From the human T2T-CHM13v2.0 reference genome, Homo sapiens: a stretch of DNA of 64,000 nt. The position numbers were made by a program, and so were the translations under genes. Where the stretch lies: NCBI RefSeq assembly GCF_009914755.1, contig NC_060928.1; one strand, given 5' to 3'. Below, piece after piece: positions 40,877 through 64,000 of the stretch; the stretch's first letter is position 1; every line of letters starts with the position of its first letter. The notes below the pieces were generated by a model, which worked only from the letters and a program-made list of their open reading frames with translations, had not been told where the DNA came from and did not search any database.

Positions 40877-41069
40877 TAGTAGTATGTTGTAGCTATGCAA
40901 GAACCAATTGATAAATTGTCAGAAATTTTGAGTTGGTTGATTTTATGTTTGGTGGCTTGAAGTCACCTACTTGTGGGAGTATTTACACCATGGAAATTGA
41001 CAAATGGTACAAATTCATTTCTTTTATACTGGAGAACCAGTTGTTAAACTTTTACCAACACACCACTGG
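40877..41069. mobile_element. MER63-like hAT element
   Basis: End accaacacaccactgg and internal gggagtatttacaccatggaaattg match recalled MER63. Confidence 0.65.
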
Positions 41070-41574
41070 ACAGTTCTAAATCTCCTAAATCAATCTACTA
41101 TTAAACAAATCTCCTGGGGGCTTTTGGACATAAAAACTGTCACGTGTGGGGGACAAGACAAAATGAGTTCCAGTCTGCCACTTACTGAACTTTCAGCCTT
41201 GTGACTAAAAAAACATTTTCCTAGATAGACATTTCTTCATGGGAAAAAAAGATCTGATTCCGAAGTAAGCACAAGGGGGAAAGGGAATCTAGGAGTTGGT
41301 AATACTTAAGACCCAGATAGGCAGACAGACAGGCATTGGAAATTTTCTCAGCTGGCAGGTGGACAGTTTGGAGTTGAAACCCAGGCATAGAATAGCAGTT
41401 TGTATGTAGAGAGGAAGAAAATAAGACTGGGTAGATTCTGGTTCTGGAGACATATCCCATGAGGAACGTTTATAGTCTATATTATATTGACCATAAAAAT
41501 TTTAAACAAAACAACAGCTCCTCCCCAAGTTAACATTGGGTATAAATGCAAATATTTCATGGTATTACATAGGG

Positions 41575-42093
<519 letters not shown>

Positions 42094-42753
42094 GAGAATC
42101 CATTTTCAACTTGAACCCCAAAGGGAAGTGACACTTCTTGCAAAGAAGTTTCCAACTCAACTGGAAGATGGCTGAAGAAGGCAGAGAACACAGATCAAGT
42201 AAGTTACAGGGCTAGACAAATATTTATTAGCTTTTCCCAGGGAAATTAGCCAAGCAGGCTGGCAGCTGGCATTTTGCCAAGACTCCTGGAAAGTATAAAC
42301 CTTCCTAGAAATCAAAAGTTGCATTTTAAAGTGAATTTTAAGTCCATAATACAGTCTAAAGACCTTCTGCAAATACATATAAAAGTTCTAATATAAAGAA
42401 AGTGACATCCTTATACATGTGGGAATAACAACAGCATGGATCATGTTAAGAAATAAGCAGATATTGGAAGAAGGAGTACTAGAACAGCTTATTCATTTTG
42501 CCTTTCTGGTTCAGAGCTCTCACTGGTTCTTTAATAATGACACTTAATATTTTTTGAGTGCTTACTCTGTGCCAAGTACTTCAGTAAGCACCTCAGTAAA
42601 TTATTTTATTATTAGCCCCATATCAGGGAAACCAAGGCCCAGAGAGGTATATAAATTTGCCCCAGGTCACACAACTACTAAGTGATAATACTGGAATTCA
42701 AACCTAGGCAGTTTGGCTCCAGGGCACAGCTGCTTAACCAAAATGCTCTATTA

Positions 42754-42933
42754 CAAGCTTATCCAACCCACAGCCTGCCAGCCACATGCAGCCCAGTATG
42801 ACTTTGAATGCGGCCCAACACAAATTTGTAAACTTTCTTAAAACATTATGAGATTTTTTGATGATTTTTTTTTTAAGTTCATCAGCTATCATTAGTGTAT
42901 TTTATGTGTGGTCTAAAAGATTGGATATTCCTG
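42754..42933. mobile_element. MER30-like hAT MITE with perfect 8-bp TSD CTCTATTA
   Basis: TSD at 42746-42753 and 42934-42941; internal gaatgcggcccaacacaaatttgtaaactttcttaaaacatt. Confidence 0.85.
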
Positions 42934-43068
42934 CTCTATTACCTCTTTTTAGTGAGAAGAAACTCATTATGTACTAAATATTTACAGTCTTGGAGTTCCC
43001 ATTTCAGAGTATGGATTTTTGTAGTTTTTATAAAGTCCTTTTGTTGTTTTTATAAAGTCTCAGGCTAA

Positions 43069-43996
<928 letters not shown>

Positions 43997-44798
43997 CTAA
44001 TCTGAGTGTTTGTTTTTCTCTGAAATTGACTGGGTAAACTTGCTCCAATTCTGGTACTTACTCTCAAATTGAATTAGTTTTTTTCATTTATGCATAGCCA
44101 AGTACACTGCTTGACACATGGCAGGCACTCATATATTTGTGAAAAGAAGGGAGGATGAGAGGGAGCGAGGGAGAGAAGGAAAAGTTTACAAAGATAGATT
44201 TAAGTTCTTCGATTTTTTTGCATAAGTCACAAATTGTTATAGAATCTTTGAAGTAACTGCTTAGGTGTTAACAAGACAAGGCAATACATTAGAAATCTTA
44301 TTTTTTCATGTAGATGAGTACTATGTATAAATATGAATAAAGCATCTGGGAAATGCCTTTGATCCAGTTCATCTGCCTGTGGGCAGCTTCATTGAAGCAA
44401 GTTAATTTTGCAGGCTTGCCATTCTAATTGAGTCACTAATTCATGTATGCATATATTCATTTATTCAGCAAACATTTACTGAGAGCCTCCTATGGGCCTG
44501 GCACTGAAGTATGTGCTGAGGTTACAAAAATGAGTAAGATGGTTTCTACCCATAAAAAGCTCAGACTGGTGACAAGAACTGATATATTGTGGTGATGGCT
44601 GCACAACTCTTTGAGTACACTAAAAACCATTTAATTGTACAATTTAAATTGGTAGATTGTATGCTATGTAAATTATATCTCAAAACTGTTTAAAAGAAAC
44701 ACAGCCTGAGGCGAAATCTTTAAAAAGTTACCTAGGTGATGTAGGGTACGGTACACACGAAGCAGAGAAGATAGAATGAACCAAGTTATGGAGGTGAG

Positions 44799-44802
<4 letters not shown>

Positions 44803-44842
<40 letters not shown>
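44803..44842 (+). repeat. (GT)20 microsatellite ~0.8 kb upstream of MRPL1 start
   Basis: Read directly. Confidence 0.97.
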
Positions 44843-44843
<1 letters not shown>

Positions 44844-45189
44844 GTGGGGGAGGTAAGCTGGGAAGTGATAAAATCCGTAATCAGATTTGTTTTAGATAAA
44901 CCACACCGACAGCTGTGACGTAATGGAAAGTACACTCATTCTGTTTTGTTTTTGTTTTTTTTTCCTATCAGAATAACTTGTGCGTGGGTCTTGGAGCTGC
45001 CATTTTAAAACTAGAAATGTTTTATAAATGTCAAGTATTATTATTCAATTGATCCTAATGGTAAGTCTACTCGCTTGCCAGCAGGGGGTAAATGTAGAGA
45101 TTAATTTAAGATTTTAAAGCTAAGGTTGATCTTGCGCTGACAGAAAGTTTGACAATTAGCAAAAAAAGTTTGTCAGTGAGTTGGACACC

Positions 45190-45950
45190 TCCCTCGGGTA
45201 GCGGCGAAAACGCCTAGAGAATTTTTAAAATAAGTCTTTCCAAGGCCGGAAAAGTGGCGGAGGAAGCTAGTGGGTTTCAGGGTTCCTGTTTTTCAAGATT
45301 TTACGTTGGGTATTAAGTACTCTCACAGCCTGTTAAAATTGTCGCTCTGAGTACACTTGCAGGATCAAAAAAGAAAAAGAATAAGAAGGAAGGATTAAAA
45401 TAATCACAGCATCGCCAACAGGATCGTATTTTCCCGAAGGTGGTTAACCAGCCATACCGGAACCACGAAACACACAGGGTCCTGGGCAACACGGAGGACT
45501 AACAGTAACACCGCCACGCCGGCAGCAAAGCTCATTTTGGTCCCCGCCCCGTTCCTCTTTCTCTTTTTAACTCCTTCCCTCTTTGCGGATTCTAGAACGG
45601 AACCTTTTTTTAATTCTTCCCAGTAGAAACGTAGGAACAATTTCGTGAACGCAATCCGGAGTGCCCAACATGGCGGCGGCCGTAAGGTGCATGGGTAGAG
45701 GTAAGGCGAGGGGTTGTCTTGCAGGGGAAATGGCTCTGGCACCGAGTCTCTGGTTGCAGCAGAGTGCAAGGCGGATTCTGCTCTGGGTGCTGAAAATGCC
45801 TCGTGCTGTTTCTGGTCTCTAGGTTTTTCAGAGGGTGGGTCATTACTACTTAAAAGTGACCTTATGAAGGGTTTCACTCCATTCTGGAGACGTCCACCCT
45901 GAGGGAGGGAGTGGGAGCGGGACGTACATCGAGCGCCCTCCAGCCACCTA
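45190..45950 (+). promoter_or_regulatory. MRPL1: MRPL1 promoter / CpG-enriched region; YY1-like motif CAACATGGCGGC over the start codon
   Basis: Local CpG enrichment, CCGGAA cores, no obvious TATA box. Confidence 0.75.
45670..45700 (+). CDS. MRPL1: MRPL1 exon 1 coding part (MAAAVRCMGR + 1 nt), mitochondrial ribosomal protein uL1m
   Basis: Strong Kozak aacATGG; donor GAG|gtaagg; peptide matches recalled MRPL1 N-terminus. Confidence 0.93.
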
Positions 45951-46261
45951 TGGGCATGGCAAGGACTGGGTCGTCTCTGATACTGGGGTGTGGGCTGCGG
46001 GTAGTGGAGTGTGATAAGTGAGGTGAGTTCTGATAAGGGAAAGATGATGTATTTGAGTGGCTTAAGTCTGTAAATTAGAGCAATTTTCAAAGTGCTTTTT
46101 GGTGCTTTCGGAATTACTTCGTTATAGGCGATTCCAGTTCTTAAACTTCCATAGGTGGTCTAATTTGGATCAACGTTTATCATTTGAGGGGGCTAATTCT
46201 GTAGTACCTCTTGGTAGCGCCTCTTTTCATCTTAATAATTTCAACTTTTTGTCTACGATGA

Positions 46262-46630
<369 letters not shown>

Positions 46631-47069
46631 TGATATATATTGTTTAATTTAGGTAGGTCTTTAGGTAGAAGCAGTAGCCAGCATTACCCCCATTTTACAG
46701 AGGAAGAAACTGAACTTATTAGATATGTGGCCAAGTTCATATAACTAGTAAATGGCAGAGGAAGTACTGAAGCTTGCAATCCTAGGTCAGTGATACATGT
46801 ATATTTAACACTGCATCACAGTTTTTTTTTTTTTTTTTTTGAGTTTCTTTTTAGGAAAACTGTGTCAAGAGAGTTATTGCTCAAAAATTAGGGGTGACAA
46901 GAGATAACAACAGACCCTGATGCCTACTTTGTGAGCAAACCAAAATGTATATTATTTCTGAAAGGAGGTTGAAGGCATCTTCATGTATGACAGAAATCGT
47001 TATGTTACACAAATCCAAAGAAACCAAAAATACCTGAATATTATAATTTTCTTGTCACATTTTCTTCTC

Positions 47070-50120
<3,051 letters not shown>

Positions 50121-50349
50121 AAATGGATCATCAGAAAAATGGCCCCTTTCATGTGCTGTAATGCATAATATTTGAGTCCAATTTTTGCTCTCATTTGTTC
50201 AAATTTTCTTCATTCAACAAATGTTTATTTAGAGTCTTCACTTGACAAACACTGTGCTAGGTGCTAGGTATACAATGCTGAACAAGCTATATACATTTCC
50301 TGCCCATGATGCTTACCATCTATTGAGGAGCAGGAATTAATTGGATAAT

Positions 50350-53015
<2,666 letters not shown>

Positions 53016-53934
53016 TGATTTTTTAAAATAGCAGATTGCAATTGATATGTTCAAGAGATTTTTTTGTTTGTTTCCCCAAGAGAATTATTATTTTGGGATC
53101 TTCCAAGGTTGTTAGGTTCTTGTATAGTACAACTAGAATTGTTTGGAAGTGTTTGCCAAGCTTCGAATGGATAATTGCTTGTTCCTTCATTTATCATACG
53201 TGATTTTTCAAAGTGCTGGGATTCCATGCATGAGCCACCACACTCAGCAATAAAATCTTTATAAACTGATATGAAGTGATCTCTCAAATGTATGCATGTA
53301 CACACACCTTTATGAAAGGCACACATAAAATCTCATCTGCATCTCATGTATATGTGTGTGTATGTTTGTGAAAATAGGCTCTAATACCTTTAGGTGAAAA
53401 AGCAAGATGGAGTAGTGATTAGAGTATGCTACCATTTTATAAAAGAGGAGGGAAATATATTGGTACCTATATGTTTATATATGTATATAGTGTTTCTAAA
53501 AAGATGCATAAGGTATTGCTAACATGGGAGAGAAGCTGGGGGCCAGGTGTAGGAGGAAGACTTTACTTTTGTAATCTTTAAATAAAAACATATTTCTAAT
53601 ATTTACACACGCAAAAGAATATAGTTAAGATGAAAAGAATAATAATAGCTTGAAATTCTAAATATTCACTATTAAGCTTAAAAAAATAGAACATTAACAA
53701 TACCTTCAAAGACCTGTGTACCTTTTTCTTATTTCTCACAGATCCAGTACCCCACTTTGTTCTTATCTTCAGAAGTACTTGGGCAACTGTGTTAATGTCT
53801 TATTTATTGTAAAAATGAACAAATAAATTAAGAAATTTTGGGATACATATACATATTCCCTAATAATAGAACTAACATACTCTGATGAATATGAAATAGT
53901 TTAAGTTAAAAATAGATGAAAACCCCAGAGCCTT

Positions 53935-54423
<489 letters not shown>

Positions 54424-54539
54424 TATTATTACACTTTTAAAAGAAGGATTAAAAATCACAAAATATTGAATGTTTTCATTTTGAAAGTACTGACTTTTAA
54501 AATTAAAAAATTATGAATATAATGATTATTTAATGTTAA

Positions 54540-54677
<138 letters not shown>

Positions 54678-55266
54678 TAAGTATTTTTTTTTAGTTATTA
54701 TTTCATTTGTTGTCATTTTAATTTTTTTTAAAAAGCATGTTTAGTTCCATAAAGATTTACCAGGACATATAGTTGTAAAAGTTTATTATTTCTGCTTCAT
54801 CGACCTTATAGTCCTGAAGGAAAGATAAGACATAATAATACTTAACGTTTATTGAACACTGATGTTCAATAACTAACTTATTCCCAACAGCAACCTTATG
54901 AGGAAGCTATTGTTATTATGCACAATTTACAGAGAAGAAAATCGAGGCACTGGTAGGTTATATAACTAGCCCAAGGTCAGAGAGCTACTAAATTTTAGAG
55001 CTAGGGTTTGAATCCATGGAGTTTATTCCAGAACCAAAGCTTTTTCCAGTATGCTTTCGCTGCCTTTTTAGAACAGAACCCACTGTTGCAATTAATGAAT
55101 TTTAATTTAATTAAGAAATTAATTTAATTTCTTTCTGTCCTTTAAATTATATTTTTTCCTTTTAGGCACTTTTTATACATCATGTATTAGAGGATTATCC
55201 GTACTATGATTACATAGTAAGATTTCAGATTTGCATAGTATATATATTGGGTATAAATTTGTATTA

Positions 55267-55900
<634 letters not shown>

Positions 55901-56699
55901 TCAACTTTGTATTTCCAAGAGCAGGATCTGGTTTCTTGCCAAAAAGCTCTAGGATAATAATAGTTAAAATTTATAGAATGCTTCCTTTGTGCTAGGCAGT
56001 ATACAAAGCACATAGCATATGTTAGTTCTTTTAAATTTCACAACACTCTGTGAAGCATAGATACTATTGTAAGTGTTTTACAGATGAAGGAATGGAAGTC
56101 CAGAGGTTAAGTAATACGTTCAAAGTTACACAACTAGAATGTGTTGGAGGAAGGATTTCAGCCTAAATTTTCTGACTTTAGAACTGTCACACTCTTCATG
56201 GTTAGTATATAATAATAGAATCATTGGCTCTGGAGGATAGGGTCTGCAAAGCAAATAGAGTCCCAGCTACAAAAATCTTACTTTATGATGAAATTTGCTA
56301 GAATACAGTCCTCAGGTTATGGGATACCCAAAATGAAAACTAAAGGGTAGAAAGTTTTTGCTGACTGTAAATTTTCACTTAATATATTCTTATTTCCATA
56401 AACTTAATTTAATATCAGACAACTGTGCCTCAGTTGCCTCTTACTTAGCATACTTTGTTGAGCATCTGCTGTAGGCCTGGCACTGTGCAAAATGATGATA
56501 TGAAGATGAACAAGGCACACATTCCGTTCCTCTGTCTTTGAGATTTTCACAGTGAACTGACAGCAACATAAACAATTGCTTTTTGTTTTAAATGAATTAA
56601 TTAAAATGAGTTAGTTAACTCTGTGAGTAGATAAAAGATAATTCATGGTAAAAGATAAAAGATATTCATGGTAAGCATAGTATTTAGTGAAAAGTTGGT

Positions 56700-60020
<3,321 letters not shown>

Positions 60021-61418
60021 TGACAATGGGTTTTTTTCTTGCTTATGTCAGATATCTGAATGCGAGATATGTTGTGTAGGGACTGAAGTAAATAATATTT
60101 ACGCCTGCAAACAGGCATGCCCCTTCATCTGTCAGAGCATTGAGTCAATCTTGTCAGGAGTTGAGCTAGGTTTTGGTTTTGTTGTTGCCATGGTTACCAT
60201 CAGCTTCAAATTTCTGTAGTTACCTTGTTCTTAGGGTGGGGGCTGGGTTGCTGGAGGGTTTTTCTCAGCGTTCCTGTTCATGCTCAATTTTCTGCATTCC
60301 CTGTGCAGCTGTGTTTCAGTGGCAGTGATGGGGTGGGGTGGGGTGGGTCACTCTTTTGCACCCTTCCCTAGCAGTAGACTTCTATTCCTGGTGATGGGTG
60401 TTGGGAGGGATTTTTTTTTTTTTTTTTTTTAAATAAATGCAGCCCTAGTCTTAAGTAGGCCCAGTGCAGCTGGACCTTGGGGTTGGGGTTTTCTCAGCAT
60501 TTCTGTTCCTTCTCTTCATGGCACCACTTATCTGTTGCATGTCTTATGGGGAAGTTTCCTAGCCCTTCCCTAGCTGGATTGGTACAGGATACTGGGCTCT
60601 GGACTATTTCCTGCCCTGCTCTCAGTGGGTAGAAGTGTTGTAGGTTTTTATCTTCTTTCTCCCTTCCATCGTTAGACACAGTGCGTGTTTACCTGTGCCT
60701 TTTCCTGTGTGCCTGCAACTGGCTGGGGGGTGGGGGGACGGCGCGCTTCTAATCTTCTGCTTTGCTCCAGTCTTTCCTGGGAGCACCTGGTGGGAGGTAT
60801 GTGGAAAATGGCCTGTGAATTGAGTGTGAACTCCCCGTATGCCTGGGTCTCCCAAGAGGTTTATACTGTCACACTAGCCCTAAAATTGTAGCTGGTTGTT
60901 TCTTACCTGCTTGCCTTTCTCTCGTGCTCTGGCGCAAGGGAGACTGTGGTGGGAACTGGAGTGTGGGACTGACTGTCCTTGGATTTCAGGTTATTTGCGT
61001 TCAGTCTCGCTCCGTCATGGGTTCAAGAAAAGTTGTGATTTTTATCGAGCTCTTTCTCGTTGTTAATGGTCTTTCCAGCTTTTACATTTTAAGTGGAAAC
61101 AGAACTTCTGCATTTAGTTTAAAAGGTAATGAGTAAACCAGCATCAGAGATGTTAGTGAATTTCTTTATGTGATTACACTAAGAAATAAGAATTCCAAAT
61201 ATTTCCATTCCATTAATATGCCCTAGGCATTTTCTCTTTAGTTCTGTTTAGTTCGTTTTAGTTTTACAGAGGTTGTACGAATTTCCCCCCACTAATGTCC
61301 CAATGTAAAGGATTCTTCAGCCTTGGAAAGACTTGGATTGGTCTCTTGGGGGTCACAGATTTTCAAAGGCCTTGAAGTGAACTTTATTATATCTCTGATT
61401 TTTAAAAATCTTATTTTA

Positions 61419-61719
<301 letters not shown>

Positions 61720-62889
61720 TTATTGGGTATGACCATGGAAATCATGTTTTTGGAGTTGGGAGACAGATGAGACAGGGGAAAAGTTATTGCTTTTGTACAG
61801 TCTCTTATTACTCGTTTAATCTGTGTGGTTTAGTTACCCAGGTAACTGCAGCTAAGTTCTGTTCTCTTTGATTCAGACTGCCAGGTGTTTGTCCTCTACC
61901 TTCCCAAAAATCTTTCTAGTATGATTTATTGTATTCTCTGAGAATCACAGTATTTAAGGGTTCCTGATAGAGCTTTATATAATTGCATGAACAACAAAGT
62001 TCTTCTGAATGTGATTCTTATGAATAAAGGTAGCTATTTTTTGGAAGGCCATGGAAAACAGGTGGCAGGTCTGTTAGATTAATTATTTGGAAGAAATTTG
62101 TTAAATTGCAGTTCTTTTTTTAAGAATGCATTTTCCTGAGAGTCCTATTTGATCAGTATTATAATGTTGTTATACTTTTTTTGTGTTTATAAATATTTTC
62201 ACTCAACCACTTTAAATATGTTGTGAAACAAGGTCCAAAGTATAAATAAATTGCAATATACCCAACTCAGACTCTTTATGTATCAGACTTTCATTGAATT
62301 TTGAAAATATTTATTAATTTAAAAAGTCATATTTCAGCCTTGGGGAATATCAGATTAATTGCAAATTAATTGCATAGGTTCCACTATGATTGAAAATTTA
62401 GTGGCGAATTCTGCATTTATGTAAAGTAAGCCTGGAGGCTACAGCTAGAACATTTTGTTATTTTAAATAGGAGAATTTATTCCTAAAACAGGCTCTCCAA
62501 AATCCTTCTGTTGGCTTCTCTGCTGCTTTGCTAAATATAAAGTAAAAATATGGTTGCTCCAGTTTGGAAGGTTTCAGGATTTTGTGGAGTACTTCCACGG
62601 TAGCTGTTGAGATGTGTTGTATGCATCCACTTGGGCACTTGCTTAGACTTGTCATCAGTCCAGAAGGACACCTGTGCCCCATTGAAAATGAGCATTGTCA
62701 TTATCTAATATTCTGTTGAATTGCTCATTAGCTGGGAGGGTACTATTATTAGTGGTGGTAGTAAGGATTTACTGAGTACTAAAAGTGAGAATGGAATTAT
62801 ACGTTGAATTGGTTTTTGAGGTCTTTTTTAAAAAACTGTTTTATTATCATCCATTTCTTTCACATCAGTTTTATAGGACTTCATATTCA

Positions 62890-63412
62890 TTTTCTTCCAT
62901 AACAAATTGCCATCTCTGCCATAACAAATTACCACAAACTTTGAGGCTTAAAACTATACAAGTTTTTCATTTCACAGTTCAGTAGGCGAGTAGTCTGACA
63001 TGGATCTCACTGGGCTAAAATCAAGGTATTGGCAGTTTATTTTCTGGAGGCTCTAGGGGATAATCCATTTCCTTGCAATCCCCAGCTTCAAGAGGCCACC
63101 CACATTCTTTAGCTCATGGCCCTCATCCTTCATCTTCAAAGCAATGGCTGGTTGCTTGAATTTCTTCAGTGTCATTTTCCCATATCTGTGTGATGCAGTT
63201 GGGAAGGGGAAAAGACTCTCACTTTTAAGGATGCATGTGATTAGATTGGGCCCACGTAGATAATCTAGGATAACTCTCCATCTCAAGGTCTTTAACCTTA
63301 TCTCGTCTGCAAGGTCTTTTTTTTTTTTTTTTTGCCATGTAAGGTAATATATTCACAAGATTTGGGAATTAGGATATGGGTCTCTTTGAGGCATTATTAT
63401 TCTGACTACCAC
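62890..63412 (-). mobile_element. MLT1 (C/D-like) MaLR LTR
   Basis: ccataacaaattaccacaaac...ttctggaggctctagggga...gattagattgggccca...attctgactaccaca. Confidence 0.85.
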
Positions 63413-63589
63413 AGAACCGGAACATCTTTCCAGAATACTATTACACTAATTTAAAACTTTTATGGTTAGAAGAGTACAGACATGATCTGAATTAATGCTG
63501 AGAAAATTACATCACCTCTAGTTCTTTTTATCTTCAAATTCTTATCTGCCATTACCTGGTAAATATATTTTCTTAGATATTTTGTAAGC

Positions 63590-64000
63590 ACCTTGTTAGC
63601 TTTTGCTATGTAACAAACCACTCCACAATTATTTATCATTGCCCACATATCTATGGGTCAGCTGACATAGGCTGGGTTTGATGGATATCTCTGATGACCT
63701 TGGCTGGACTTGTAGTGCATCTGTAAGTTTGCAGGTAAGCTGAGAATCATCTCATGTAGCCTGGGGCTCTGTGGAGGCAGCTCTGTTCCACATGTTTCTC
63801 ATCCTTCTACCTTTGAGCTAGCCTAGGCATGTTCTTCTAATGAAAAGGCAGAAATGCAAACATGAAAGTAGAAACATGTGAAACTTCTTTTGGCCTAAGC
63901 ATAGAGCAGGGAAACTGTCATCTTTGCTTTATTCTGTCAGCCAAAAGTAGTCACATGGACAAATAAAGGGGCTGGGAAATATACTCCTCTTTAGTGGGAG
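63590..64000 (-). mobile_element. Older MLT1-type LTR, running off the window
   Basis: gctatgtaacaaaccactcc...ctatgggtcagctg...aaaagtagtcacatgg. Confidence 0.6.

Noticed and set aside
45404-46090. 228-aa antisense ORF across MRPL1 exon 1
   Set aside because: TTG start, no recognisable homology, lies over a promoter; most likely chance unless Ribo-seq shows otherwise

Overview
Primate, almost certainly human, genomic DNA with about 55 Alus plus L2, MIR, L1, LTR and DNA-transposon relics; it is not prokaryotic. It spans the divergent 5' ends of two genes about 43.5 kb apart. On the minus strand, a CpG island (~1.0-3.6 kb) holds a 5-nt first coding exon (ATGAG|gtagag) that I assign to CNOT6L. 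On the plus strand are MRPL1 exons 1 and 2 (45670-45700, 54565-54676), which splice in frame to give a mitochondrial presequence. MRPL1 intron 1 contains an antisense processed COX6C pseudogene with ancestral-type residues. Almost all ORF-track entries are Alu, GC-rich or chance ORFs. I found no evidence of a new multi-gene system. The best leads are: (i) a 36-bp palindromic tandem array whose unexpanded paralog lies 1.5 kb away; (ii) one target site apparently used by both the COX6C retrocopy and an Alu; (iii) a MER41B LTR, split by six Alus, that keeps one STAT GAS site; (iv) candidate alternative first exons or N-terminal extensions of CNOT6L; (v) inverted Alus flanking MRPL1 exon 2. Gene and repeat names come from recognition and memory, not from database searches, and repeat boundaries are approximate.
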